Notes: generated by a model not told the origin, from the sequence alone. Shown: positions 41,811 through 50,989, counted from the first letter of the whole stretch. The stretch: 63,360 nt of DNA, filler included, from 6 parts of 6 records of this genome joined end to end with filler, not necessarily neighbours in it, one strand, 5' to 3'. Made by a program: numbers and translations.

Positions 41811-41834
41811 TACATACATACATGAGTGTATGTA
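41811..41834. promoter_or_regulatory. AcrR-type operator
   Basis: TACATACA-N8-TGTATGTA 24-bp palindrome between the divergent adaptor and TetR genes. Confidence 0.85.
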
Positions 41835-41863
41835 AATACTTTTTCAATTTGGCGACAACAATT

Positions 41864-42487
41864 GTGGTAAGAAAAACGAAGGAAGAAGCGCAGGAAACAC
41901 GCAACCTGATTCTGGACACGGCCGAGGCCATATTTTCAGAAAAAGGGGTGTCGAGAACCACGCTGAATGACATTGCCAAGGCAGCAGAATTGACGCGCGG
42001 GGCGATCTATTGGCACTTCAAGAACAAGGCGGACCTGTTCGACGCCATGTTGCAGCGGGTCATATTGCCCATGGACGAATTTATTGCAACACCCGACCTG
42101 CACCCCGAACAGCAGCCATTGGCTTACCTGCGCACACGCTCAATGCACGTGGTACGCACCTTGGCAGAAAACCCGCAAATTCAGCGCGTATTCGACATCG
42201 TGATGCACAAAACCGAGATGGTAGACGACATGTTGCCCATCCGGGACAGACACCTGGAAACCATTCAGGGCTGCATTCAAACCATTGAAACCGATTTCAA
42301 GGCCGCCATCGACAAAGGCGAATTGCCTGCAAACACCAATGCCCGCCAGGCAGCCATTGGCTTGCATTCATTGATCGACGGGCTTTTTGCCAACTTTGTG
42401 CTCAGCCCAAATTTATTTGATTTGATGGAGCAGGCCGAATTCACCATCGACAACTACTTGAATGGCCTGCTTAAACCCGCCCCGTAA
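41864..42487 (+). CDS. acrR: TetR/AcrR family repressor
   Basis: GTG start MVRKTKEEAQETR, TRGAIYWHFKNK; divergent from the RND operon. Confidence 0.9.
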   Translation: MVRKTKEEAQETRNLILDTAEAIFSEKGVSRTTLNDIAKAAELTRGAIYWHFKNKADLFDAMLQRVILPMDEFIATPDLHPEQQPLAYLRTRSMHVVRTLAENPQIQRVFDIVMHKTEMVDDMLPIRDRHLETIQGCIQTIETDFKAAIDKGELPANTNARQAAIGLHSLIDGLFANFVLSPNLFDLMEQAEFTIDNYLNGLLKPAP

Positions 42488-43157
42488 CCGGAATGCCCGC
42501 ACCATTGATGTCGCGGGCCGCGTCTGACAACAGAAATGCAACAACACCAGCCAGTGATTCAGGACTAACCCAATCGGAAGGATCTGAATCGGGCATTGCC
42601 TCGCGATTGGCGGGCGTGTCCAACACGCTGGGCAACACCGCATTGGCACGAATGCCCAAGTGCTTGTTCTCCACCGCCAAGGCCTCGGTCAGGCGCAACA
42701 CTGCCGACTTGGCAGCCGCATAAGCACCCATGCCTTCAGCGGCTTTTCCGGCAGCGGCGGCACCAATGTTTACAATCGCACCACCTTGCTGATCTTGAAA
42801 CTGCGGCAAAATTGCCTGGCACATGTTGACCGCGGTTTGCACATTCATGGCGTACTGGCTGTTCCACGTATCCAGGCTGCTTTCAACCTGCCGCTCCCAC
42901 ACAAAACCACCCGCAATGTTGATCACCGCATCAATTTGACCGAAGTATTCCCACGCCTGGCTCACCACTTCCTGCGCATGCTCAGGCTGGGTCAAATCCA
43001 CATTGCCGATTGACACCGCATCGCTTTCGCCCTCCCAGGGCGGCTGGTGCAAATCGATCAACAACAGGCGATAACCCAAACCGCCCAAATGCGCGGCCAC
43101 GGCCTGGCCCAAATTGCCTGCCGCGCCTGTGATGATGGCCACCGGACTATTGCTCAT
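42471..43157 (-). CDS. Short-chain dehydrogenase/reductase
   Basis: ITGAAGNLG, YAAAK, DTPANR. Confidence 0.92.
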   Translation of the reverse strand: MSNSPVAIITGAAGNLGQAVAAHLGGLGYRLLLIDLHQPPWEGESDAVSIGNVDLTQPEHAQEVVSQAWEYFGQIDAVINIAGGFVWERQVESSLDTWNSQYAMNVQTAVNMCQAILPQFQDQQGGAIVNIGAAAAGKAAEGMGAYAAAKSAVLRLTEALAVENKHLGIRANAVLPSVLDTPANREAMPDSDPSDWVSPESLAGVVAFLLSDAARDINGAGIPVTGRV

Positions 43158-43258
43158 GTGAATCGACTCCTTGTTTTAAATTGTGCTGATTCACGCCATT
43201 TTGCCACGCCAGCACCTGTTTCACGCCCCCACCCCCTTTGAATACCCCCTTTAAGGGC

Positions 43259-43358
43259 NNNNNNNNNNNNNNNNNNNNNNNNNNNNNNNNNNNNNNNNNN
43301 NNTTAATTAATTAANNNNNNNNNNNNNNNNNNNNNNNNNNNNNNNNNNNNNNNNNNNN
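43259..43358. other. Artificial contig linker
   Basis: 44 N + TTAATTAATTAA + 44 N. Confidence 0.98.
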
Positions 43359-43402
43359 GTTCACAGTGATACCTCTTTTAGTCGAGTATGGTTACAGTTG
43401 CA

Positions 43403-43939
43403 TTACTCGGCGGCGCGGCTTCCCAGAAGAGCATCCGCCTCCAGCAAGTGTCGATTATCTTGCAGGTAATCAATTTCCGCCTGATACATTGTCAGGCCAA
43501 AGTTACACAGAAACTGATCCCGGTCCGTTTGCTTGTTCCCGCATTCGTCGGCCATGATCGCTATTTTCTGGAGCCGGTCCTTAATCCGGTCATCGATAAG
43601 CTCCGCAATCACCGACGCGGGTAAAAGATGGGAAAACATCAGGGTTGCCAGAAATTCAGACCGGAACCGATCCGCCGCGGGCTTCTTCATGATGGCATCG
43701 AAAAACTGATAACGGCCATTTGCGGTAATGGAATAAATTTTTTTATCGGGACGTTTTTCCTGGCTGAATTCACGGCAGGAAACAAGACCTTCCTCCGTCA
43801 GCTTGTTGAGCGCGGGGTAAATCGAGCCATAGCTGGCGTGGAAAATGAGGTCCAGCCGATCTTCAAAAGTTTTTTTAATTTCATAGCCGGTTGCATCCCC
43901 CATGGTGAGAATGCCAAGGCATAAAGTGCGAATATCCAT
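43403..43939 (-). CDS. PadR family transcriptional regulator
   Basis: TGYEIKK, GSIYPALNKL, RPDKKIYSIT. Confidence 0.92.
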   Translation of the reverse strand: MDIRTLCLGILTMGDATGYEIKKTFEDRLDLIFHASYGSIYPALNKLTEEGLVSCREFSQEKRPDKKIYSITANGRYQFFDAIMKKPAADRFRSEFLATLMFSHLLPASVIAELIDDRIKDRLQKIAIMADECGNKQTDRDQFLCNFGLTMYQAEIDYLQDNRHLLEADALLGSRAAE

Positions 43940-44004
43940 TAATTCCACTTACTGATTCAAGATGTTGAGAAACGCGCCCACGTTAAAATCTGAAGCCTGA
44001 AATC

Positions 44005-44039
44005 ATATATTCCAGACGAATATATATCAAACCGATATA
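44005..44039. promoter_or_regulatory. Putative PadR operator (two overlapping palindromes)
   Basis: ATATATTC-N5-GAATATAT and TATATC-N5-GATATA upstream of padR. Confidence 0.6.
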
Positions 44040-44207
44040 AATACAATTTTAATATAGATTAAATTTCGATTACAGCATGTGACGGTGATCACGAAAGAAA
44101 TATATCGTAGCATATTGGCCGTAAATTTGGGGGAAACAGGTCTTATTACGTCAAAAAAAGCGGCCAAAAGACCGCCTGTTGCAGATCAACTAAATCTTGG
44201 GTGCGAG

Positions 44208-44714
44208 TTACATTTGCCGGTAGAAGATATGATTACCGATATTGGCCGTTACCTTCAGGCTTTTCGACCAGCTGGGGGAGACATAATTCGCATGATAGAA
44301 CGTCGCTTCGCCGGAAAGATCCCGCATGTTTCCGCCTCTCACAAGGCTGGCCACCATCAGTGCCCGCTGCCAGGAAACCTGATCTGTTGCGGCATCGGAT
44401 TTGCCGTCGCAGGCAAAGGAGAACTGGCAGGCATTGCGGCGCGTGCTGCCTTCAAAAACCACCTTGCAATAGGATAAGCCCTTTTCCATGACGCGGTTAT
44501 GGACCACCTGTGCGACCGCGACCTGACCGCTGAAGGGTTCGCCGCGCGCCTCAAAATAAACAGCCTGCGCAAGGCATTTTGTATTGGGATCATCCGAAGA
44601 TGATGCGACGAGGGTCGTCGCTGCGGGCATGAACGTCGCCATGATAAGAAACAGCAGTGACAGAAAGGCAGCTGTTAAAATGCTCAGAGTTTTCAAATAC
44701 ATTTGCGCCCCCAT
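44208..44714 (-). CDS. Cell wall hydrolase (SleB/Hydrolase_2 family)
   Basis: CLAQAVYFEARGE, CQFSFACDG, YHANYVSPSW, IGNHIFY. Confidence 0.92.
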   Translation of the reverse strand: MGAQMYLKTLSILTAAFLSLLFLIMATFMPAATTLVASSSDDPNTKCLAQAVYFEARGEPFSGQVAVAQVVHNRVMEKGLSYCKVVFEGSTRRNACQFSFACDGKSDAATDQVSWQRALMVASLVRGGNMRDLSGEATFYHANYVSPSWSKSLKVTANIGNHIFYRQM

Positions 44715-44779
44715 TACTTGAAAGCAAGCTCACATTGACATTGACGATGCTTGCATTAAGCGGGGGGAAAGGGGCAAAA

Positions 44780-45001
44780 TTAAGGCAATTTTTCTGAAAG
44801 ACGGGAGTCCCGACGACGCTGGCGGATATCTTTCAGGACATCCATTCTCTCTTCATTACTCATGACAACCCAGCCGCCGATTTCATTTCGCGTGCGAAAA
44901 CAGCCCCGGCAATATCGGTTATCCATATCCATGCTGCAAATGCCGGTACAGGGGGAAGGGAGGTCGGGCAGGTTTTTTATTCTTGGATTTTTACGACGCA
45001 T
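44780..45001 (-). CDS. DUF1289 family Cys-rich protein
   Basis: SPCTGIC...CRGCFRTRNEIGGW. Confidence 0.88.
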   Translation of the reverse strand: MRRKNPRIKNLPDLPSPCTGICSMDMDNRYCRGCFRTRNEIGGWVVMSNEERMDVLKDIRQRRRDSRLSEKLP

Positions 45002-45002
45002 C

Positions 45003-45434
45003 TCAGGCTTTCTTTAACGCAGTCTCCAACGCCCGGATCAGGGCATCAAAGGGCAGCAGGACACAATGATGACGGCTCTTGTGAGCGGCGACAACATTGA
45101 ACAGTTCAAGTTCTTTCCACTCCGATGTATCGGGAATGGTGCCTCCCTGCAACATGGAATGCAGATTTCCCCGTGTTTTCAGAATATCCTCAAGGGATTT
45201 TCCGACGGCATGCTCCCCGATCATGGAGGCGGATGCCTGACAGAGCATGCAGGAGCGGTTTTGATGCTTCAACTCGGTGATATTGCTCTCATCCATCCGG
45301 ATTTGTAGGGTGATCCGGTCGCCGCAGGTGGGGTTGTCCGCCGTTTCTTCCGCATCTGGATTATCAATTCGGCCATCGCCAGTGGCATTAGCGGCAAGCC
45401 GCAGCAAACTCTTCTGATAAAGTTCATCAATCAC
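45003..45434 (-). CDS. SufU/IscU-like (NifU_N) scaffold protein
   Basis: LYQKSLL, NPTCGDRI, CMLCQASAS, RHHCVLLP. Confidence 0.85.
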   Translation of the reverse strand: MIDELYQKSLLRLAANATGDGRIDNPDAEETADNPTCGDRITLQIRMDESNITELKHQNRSCMLCQASASMIGEHAVGKSLEDILKTRGNLHSMLQGGTIPDTSEWKELELFNVVAAHKSRHHCVLLPFDALIRALETALKKA

Positions 45435-45443
45435 GGTACTAAC

Positions 45444-47069
45444 TCATGCTTGTTGGAGGGCGGAAAGAGCGTCCGGCGTGTCGATATCGGCGAAAATGCT
45501 GTCCTGATCGGCCTCGACATTGAAGACATGGGATTCATTTTCCGCAATCAATGACTTGGCGCCGATATCGCCGGTGAGGGTGAGGATGTCATTCTTATAC
45601 TGGCTGGCGATCAGAACGGGATTGCCGCGCTTGCCTTTGAATGTGGGCACGATGATCGCGCGGCCTTCCTCCACATCGAAGGCATCGATCAGGGCATCGA
45701 ACAGATCGGCACTCACCAGCGGCATATCGCCCAGGCAGACGAGAACGCCATCATACTCATCGGAAAGGGCCCGAAAGCCCGTTTTAAGACTGCTGCTCAG
45801 ACCTTCCGCGAAGTCCGGGTTGTGGAAGGTGGGGATTTTGAGATCGCTAAACAGTGCTTCGATCTTTTCTCTGTCGTGGCCGGTCACACCGAAGACCTTG
45901 GCAGCTTTTGATTCGAGCGCGGTTTCCGCCGTATGGCGCAACATGGCCTTCCCGTCGATTTCCGCAAGAAGCTTGTTCCTCTCGCCCATGCGCCGGGACT
46001 GGCCGGCCGCAAGAATAAGGACGGCGACGGATTTTCCATTTGCAGGTCTGGTTTTTCTTTCCTGATTGCGCGGGTGCGGTCGGCTCGGGATTTCTTTCAG
46101 CAAACCGCCTGCGCCCATATCCATAATATCCGATGTCGTCACCGGGATATCGGCCAGAATGCGGTCGAGGACGAAATCAAATCCGTTCAGTTTGGGGGAG
46201 CGGGTGCAGCCCGGCAGTCCGATGACGATCTTGTCCCGCAGATGCCCCATCAGGAGGAGATTGCCCGGATCCACGGGCATGCCGAAATGGTCGATCCCGC
46301 CACCTGCCTGCGTGATGGCGGCCGGGATGACATCCTTGCGGTCGGTAATGGCCGACGCGCCGAAGATCAGGATGAGGGTGCATCCGTCTTTGTCGAGTGC
46401 GGTGATCGCCTCGGCTAGAGCGTCTTCGTGATGATCACAGTGGCGGAGGATATCGATTTTATTGTCGCAGCGCGCCAGACGATCGGCCATGATCCGCTCC
46501 GATTTCTCAATCACCTTCTCCTTCGTGTTCGGCAGGAGAGTGGAGATCACGCCGATTTTCTTTGTCCTGAAAGGATGAATGGAAACAATTGGTTGCGTCG
46601 CTGCCTTTATGCGATCGAGAACCTTCTCCACCTTGGCTTTCGGCGTGGCGAAGGGGATGATCTTGACCGTCGCCAGCATCTGCCCGGCCTCCACCACCTC
46701 ATAATTCTTCACCGTCGCAATGGTGATAGTCTCATCGATATGGTTGAGGCTCTTGATCCGCTCTTCATCGGTGACGGCAATTCCCCGCATTTCGGCAAAC
46801 AGATTGGCGCGCCCGGTGAAGGGCGGTTTAACAGTGATATTGGCTCCGGCAAGGGGAGCGGCAATCGTCGCGGCAGCCTCATCTTCCGGCATATCCGTCT
46901 CTTCGATACGCGCGCCAAGAATGGTCTCTATGCTATTGTTTTTAAGGAATTCTATATCCGTATCAGTCAGGACATGCCCCTTCTTCAGCAGTTTGCCCGG
47001 CGCAATCTCCACCGCATGGGCGAGGACAACGCCGCGCGCGTCTCCGACTGCCATGCGGCCAAAGATCAT
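45444..47069 (-). CDS. Molybdopterin-binding domain fused to MocA-like nucleotidyltransferase
   Basis: N-terminal GMPVDPGNLL and GLPGCTRSP; C-terminal LAAGQSRRMG, LGDMP, GNPVL, DIDTP. Confidence 0.88.
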   Translation of the reverse strand: MIFGRMAVGDARGVVLAHAVEIAPGKLLKKGHVLTDTDIEFLKNNSIETILGARIEETDMPEDEAAATIAAPLAGANITVKPPFTGRANLFAEMRGIAVTDEERIKSLNHIDETITIATVKNYEVVEAGQMLATVKIIPFATPKAKVEKVLDRIKAATQPIVSIHPFRTKKIGVISTLLPNTKEKVIEKSERIMADRLARCDNKIDILRHCDHHEDALAEAITALDKDGCTLILIFGASAITDRKDVIPAAITQAGGGIDHFGMPVDPGNLLLMGHLRDKIVIGLPGCTRSPKLNGFDFVLDRILADIPVTTSDIMDMGAGGLLKEIPSRPHPRNQERKTRPANGKSVAVLILAAGQSRRMGERNKLLAEIDGKAMLRHTAETALESKAAKVFGVTGHDREKIEALFSDLKIPTFHNPDFAEGLSSSLKTGFRALSDEYDGVLVCLGDMPLVSADLFDALIDAFDVEEGRAIIVPTFKGKRGNPVLIASQYKNDILTLTGDIGAKSLIAENESHVFNVEADQDSIFADIDTPDALSALQQA

Positions 47070-47755
47070 GGCACGGCCTTCCCGCGAAGAACCGCGGTGA
47101 TTTCCGCCATGATAGAGATGGCGATTTCTGCGGGGCTTTTCGCCCCAATATCAAGGCCGATGGGCCCGTGAATGCGTGTAAAATCTTCCGCCGTGAAGCC
47201 GGCTTTCAGGAGCCGTTGCTGCCGCTTGGCATGGGTCCGTCCGCTCCCCAAAGCTCCGATATAAAAGGCGTCCGATTTCAGCGCGTGTTGTAATGCCGGA
47301 TCATCCAGCTTCGCATCATGGGTGAGGGTCACGATGGCCGTGCGCCGGTCCGGATCGAGCTCCTCCAGCGCTTCATCGGGCCAGCGGTTATCGAGGGTGA
47401 CATTAGGAAACCGAAAACTGGAGCCGAAACTTCGGCGCGGGTCGATAACGGTTACCTCATAATCTGCCCCCGCCGCCATGGGGACGAGGGCTTGGGCAAT
47501 ATGAACCGCGCCAATGACAAAAAGCCGGAGGGGTGGGTTGAAGATATTCAGAAAAACCGGGCCGTCATCACTCTCGAATGTGGCGGGCTTATCGAACTGC
47601 AGCGCATTTCTTGCCGCTTCCGCCAGATCCGAACTCTCTTCATTCTCAAATGGATAGAGAAGTTTTTGATTTCCAGATGTTAAATTGGTTGCGAGAACGA
47701 CCTGACGCTTTTTCGCGCGTGCCTGTTGCAGTTCTTCCAAAAGAGCCGTTTTCAT
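47066..47755 (-). CDS. XdhC family protein (C-terminal Rossmann-like part)
   Basis: GAVHIAQAL, LTHDAKLDD, YIGALGS, GPIGLDIGAKSPAEIA. Confidence 0.92.
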   Translation of the reverse strand: MKTALLEELQQARAKKRQVVLATNLTSGNQKLLYPFENEESSDLAEAARNALQFDKPATFESDDGPVFLNIFNPPLRLFVIGAVHIAQALVPMAAGADYEVTVIDPRRSFGSSFRFPNVTLDNRWPDEALEELDPDRRTAIVTLTHDAKLDDPALQHALKSDAFYIGALGSGRTHAKRQQRLLKAGFTAEDFTRIHGPIGLDIGAKSPAEIAISIMAEITAVLRGKAVP

Positions 47756-47764
47756 ATCGCCGCC

Positions 47765-48019
47765 TCAGTCAAGCTTTTCAACAAAGACATTGATTTTGCC
47801 GCCACAAGCAAGACCGACTTCGCAGGCCTCGTCATTGCTGACGCCGAACTCCAGTGTTTTGGGCTCGCCGCTCTTGATGATCTCAAGCGCTTCCTGAATA
47901 ACGGCGCCTTCGACACAGCCGCCACTGACGGAACCGACCATCTGCCCCGTCTCATCGATGGCAAGCTGGCTGCCTGCCGGGCGCGGTGCGGAGCCCCAGG
48001 TGTTGATCACGGTCGCAAG
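47765..48019 (-). CDS. XdhC/CoxI family protein (N-terminal part; 5'-partial)
   Basis: LATVINTWGSAPRPAGS, GSVSGGCVE, VGLACGG. Confidence 0.92.
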   Translation of the reverse strand, partial: LATVINTWGSAPRPAGSQLAIDETGQMVGSVSGGCVEGAVIQEALEIIKSGEPKTLEFGVSNDEACEVGLACGGKINVFVEKLD

Positions 48020-48119
48020 NNNNNNNNNNNNNNNNNNNNNNNNNNNNNNNNNNNNNNNNNNNNTTAATTAATTAANNNNNNNNNNNNNNNNNNNNNNNNN
48101 NNNNNNNNNNNNNNNNNNN
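48020..48119. other. Artificial contig linker
   Basis: 44 N + TTAATTAATTAA + 44 N. Confidence 0.98.
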
Positions 48120-48121
48120 CT

Positions 48122-48181
48122 ACTGGGGAGCGTCATTGTATTAATGGTGTTGCATTAAAATTTATTCCAGAAAAAAAATAA
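48122..48181 (+). CDS. msrB: Methionine-R-sulfoxide reductase, C-terminal fragment
   Basis: Translates TGERHCINGVALKFIPEKK*, matching the MsrB RxCxN catalytic motif; not in the ORF track. Confidence 0.75.
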   Translation, partial: TGERHCINGVALKFIPEKK

Positions 48182-48389
48182 ACAATCATTTTTTAAATCT
48201 TAAAAGCCAAATTCCAATAGCTTCTGCTTAGGGATTTGGTTTTTTTTGTTTTTCAAATGTTACTGATTTGAATTTGTTTGTTTTTTGAAAATTCGTCAGT
48301 TGTCACTTTTTATAATTCTTTCTTTGGAATTTTTTCCTTTGTATTTCGTAAATTCGTTGCTTCAAAAGAAATTTACATAAAATTAAGTA

Positions 48390-49766
48390 ATGAGTAAATA
48401 CGACGTAATAGTTTTAGGAAGTGGTCCAGGTGGCTATGTTACTGCCATAAGAGCTTCACAGTTAGGCTTAAAAACAGCCATTGTTGAAAAAGAGAGCCTT
48501 GGAGGTGTTTGTTTAAATTGGGGATGTATTCCTACAAAAGCACTTTTAAAAAGTGCACAGGTTTTTGATTACCTAAAACACGCAGATAGTTACGGACTTA
48601 CCGTAAAGGAATTTGATAAAGATTTTGGAAAAGTAGTTGAAAGAAGCCGTGGCGTTGCAGAAGGAATGAGTAAAGGCGTACAGTTTTTAATGAAAAAGAA
48701 CAAAATCGATGTTATTAACGGTTTTGGAAAACTAAAAGCAGGTAAAAAAGTAGATGTTGACGGAAAAGAATATTCCGCAGACCATATAATTGTTGCAACT
48801 GGTGCGCGTTCCCGCGAATTGCCAAACCTAAAGCAGGATGGCAAGAAGGTAATTGGGTATCGTGAGGCAATGACACTAAAAAAACAACCTAAAAGCATGA
48901 TTGTTGTAGGTAGTGGTGCCATTGGTGTTGAGTTTGCACATTTCTATAATTCTATGGGAACCGAAGTTACTATTGTTGAATTTTTACCAAATCTTGTTCC
49001 TTTGGAAGACGAAGACGTTTCAAAACAATTTGAGCGTTCTTTCAAAAAAGCTGGAATTAAGGTTATGACTAATTCTTCCGTAGAAAAATTAGATACTTCA
49101 GGAAAATTAGTGAAAGCAACTGTAAAAACAGCTAAAGGTGAAGAAACCTTAGAAGCAGAAATTGTACTTTCTGCAGTAGGTATTGCTTCAAACCTAGAAA
49201 ATATTGGACTTGAAGATGTTGGTATTGTAACCGATAAAGGAAAAATAATGGTGAATGATTGGTACCAAACCAACATTCCTGGCTATTATGCAATAGGTGA
49301 TGTAGTTCCTGGTCCTGCCCTAGCACACGTTGCTTCTGCTGAAGGTATTACTTGTGTTGAGAAAATTGCTGGTCTTCACGTAGAGCCTATTGATTACGGA
49401 AATATTCCAGGTTGTACCTACGCAAGCCCAGAAATTGCTAGTGTTGGTTTAACTGAAAAACAAGCTAAAGAAGCTGGTTATGATCTAAAAGTTGGGAAAT
49501 TTCCTTTTTCAGCTAGTGGAAAAGCAAGTGCATCAGGGGAAAAAGATGGTTTTGTAAAAGTTATCTTTGATGCAAAGTACGGCGAATGGCTAGGTTGCCA
49601 CATGATAGGTGCTGGCGTAACCGATATGATTGCAGAAGCGGTTTTAGGAAGAAAATTAGAAACTACAGGACACGAAGTTTTAAAAGCAATCCACCCACAC
49701 CCAACGATGAGTGAAGCTGTAATGGAAGCCGTTGCAGATGCTTATGGGGAAGTGATTCACTTATAG
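48390..49766 (+). CDS. lpdA: Dihydrolipoamide dehydrogenase
   Basis: GSGPGG, GGVCLNWGCIPTK, HPHPTMSE. Confidence 0.97.
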   Translation: MSKYDVIVLGSGPGGYVTAIRASQLGLKTAIVEKESLGGVCLNWGCIPTKALLKSAQVFDYLKHADSYGLTVKEFDKDFGKVVERSRGVAEGMSKGVQFLMKKNKIDVINGFGKLKAGKKVDVDGKEYSADHIIVATGARSRELPNLKQDGKKVIGYREAMTLKKQPKSMIVVGSGAIGVEFAHFYNSMGTEVTIVEFLPNLVPLEDEDVSKQFERSFKKAGIKVMTNSSVEKLDTSGKLVKATVKTAKGEETLEAEIVLSAVGIASNLENIGLEDVGIVTDKGKIMVNDWYQTNIPGYYAIGDVVPGPALAHVASAEGITCVEKIAGLHVEPIDYGNIPGCTYASPEIASVGLTEKQAKEAGYDLKVGKFPFSASGKASASGEKDGFVKVIFDAKYGEWLGCHMIGAGVTDMIAEAVLGRKLETTGHEVLKAIHPHPTMSEAVMEAVADAYGEVIHL

Positions 49767-49767
49767 T

Positions 49768-49876
49768 CTCCCCTAACCCCCGAAGGAGGAATTCCCACTG
49801 TTGTAAAATAAAAAAACTCCTGAATGGAGTTTTTTTTATTGTGCGAGTATAAAGTTTCCCCTTCGGGGTTAGGAGG
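49768..49876. repeat. REPIN/MITE-like element, copy 1, with embedded bidirectional terminator
   Basis: Arms CCCTAACCCCCGAAGGAGGAA / TTCCCCTTCGGGGTTAGGAGG around AATAAAAAAACTCC-N5-GGAGTTTTTTTTATT. Confidence 0.8.
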
Positions 49877-50285
49877 CAAAACTCTGTAACGCTAATTCAT
49901 AACTTTGCAAACCAAAGCCCACAATTACGCCTTTAGAATTTGGAGATATATAACTTTTATGCCTAAAGTCTTCTCTAGAAAATGTATTTGAAATATGAAC
50001 TTCCACAACGGGAGTCTGTATTGCTTTAACAGCATCTGCAATTCCTACAGAGGTATGGGTATAAGCAGCCGCATTTAGAATTATACCGTCAAAGCTATAG
50101 CCTACTTCTTGAATTTTATCTATTAACTCTCCTTCAATATTTGATTGAAAATAGGAAATTTCTTGGTTTGCGTATTTTTCCTGAAGCTTTTCAAAAAAAT
50201 CATTAAAAGTTTCATTGCCATATATATCGTTTTCACGCTTACCCAGCAGATTTAAATTTGGACCGTTGATAATTATTATTTTCAT
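49869..50285 (-). CDS. aroQ: Type II 3-dehydroquinate dehydratase
   Basis: INGPNLNLLGKRE, QSNIEGEL, EVHISN. Confidence 0.96.
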   Translation of the reverse strand: MKIIIINGPNLNLLGKRENDIYGNETFNDFFEKLQEKYANQEISYFQSNIEGELIDKIQEVGYSFDGIILNAAAYTHTSVGIADAVKAIQTPVVEVHISNTFSREDFRHKSYISPNSKGVIVGFGLQSYELALQSFAS

Positions 50286-50324
50286 ATTTCAAATATATGC
50301 GAAAATAAAAATAGAAGTGATTAT

Positions 50325-50921
50325 TTAGAAAAAATATCCTACTGAAGCTTGAAATATATTGCTCTGTAGTTTAGAACTGTTAAAATCTTTATCGTTTATT
50401 TCTATAAGTCCAAAATTGTATCGAAGTCCAAAAAATAGCTTAGATTTAAGTTTATATGAAACTCCAATACCAAGAGCAATATCAATTGGTTTAAAGCTAT
50501 CTGTTACATTTATTCATTCTCTTGGACCCTCACTCGTTAAAGTAGCTTCATACTTTGCGGAAAGTAAATACCCAAAAACGGGACCTGCTTCTAAACTTAA
50601 ACTTTCACCAATTGAATATTTACCAAGAATAGGGAGTTGAAGGTAATGCATATTAAATTTTCGTTCCCCTGAATTAATAGTTGCGCCTTGGTTTGAATAA
50701 AGTAACTCAGGTTGTAATGAAAATTTTTCAAATAAAGGAACTTCGACAATGCCCCCAATATGAAAGCCTACTTTTCCTGAATATTCAGCAAATGGGTTGC
50801 TTGAATCTCCATTGAAGTTTGAAATATTCATTCCACCTTTTACGCTAAACGATATGCTTTGTGAACTTGCAACGCCAATAATAAAGAAACTCAATATAAA
50901 TGTGAGGATTACATTTTTCAT
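50325..50921 (-). pseudogene. PorT-like outer membrane beta-barrel interrupted by one in-frame TGA
   Basis: Frame continues past TGA (50514-50516) for 62 homologous codons, ending FQASVGYFF*. Confidence 0.8.
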
Positions 50922-50989
50922 AGTTAATTAATTTAAAATGAATGTTTTTAAGGTCCAATGTAAAGATGCATTAAACTAACTAAAATAAA

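Noticed and set aside
42471-42487. 17-nt 3' overlap of convergent acrR and SDR genes
   Set aside because: Short convergent overlaps are common and there is no further evidence of antisense regulation.
47066-48019. xdhC split as a frameshifted pseudogene
   Set aside because: The downstream half has its own GAGG SD and ATG, and two-gene XdhC arrangements are known in Alphaproteobacteria.
50514-50516. Selenocysteine or genetic-code-4 reading of the in-frame TGA
   Set aside because: The position is a porin loop, not a redox Cys site; no obvious SECIS-like hairpin follows; other genes in the contig use TGG for Trp and contain no internal TGA.
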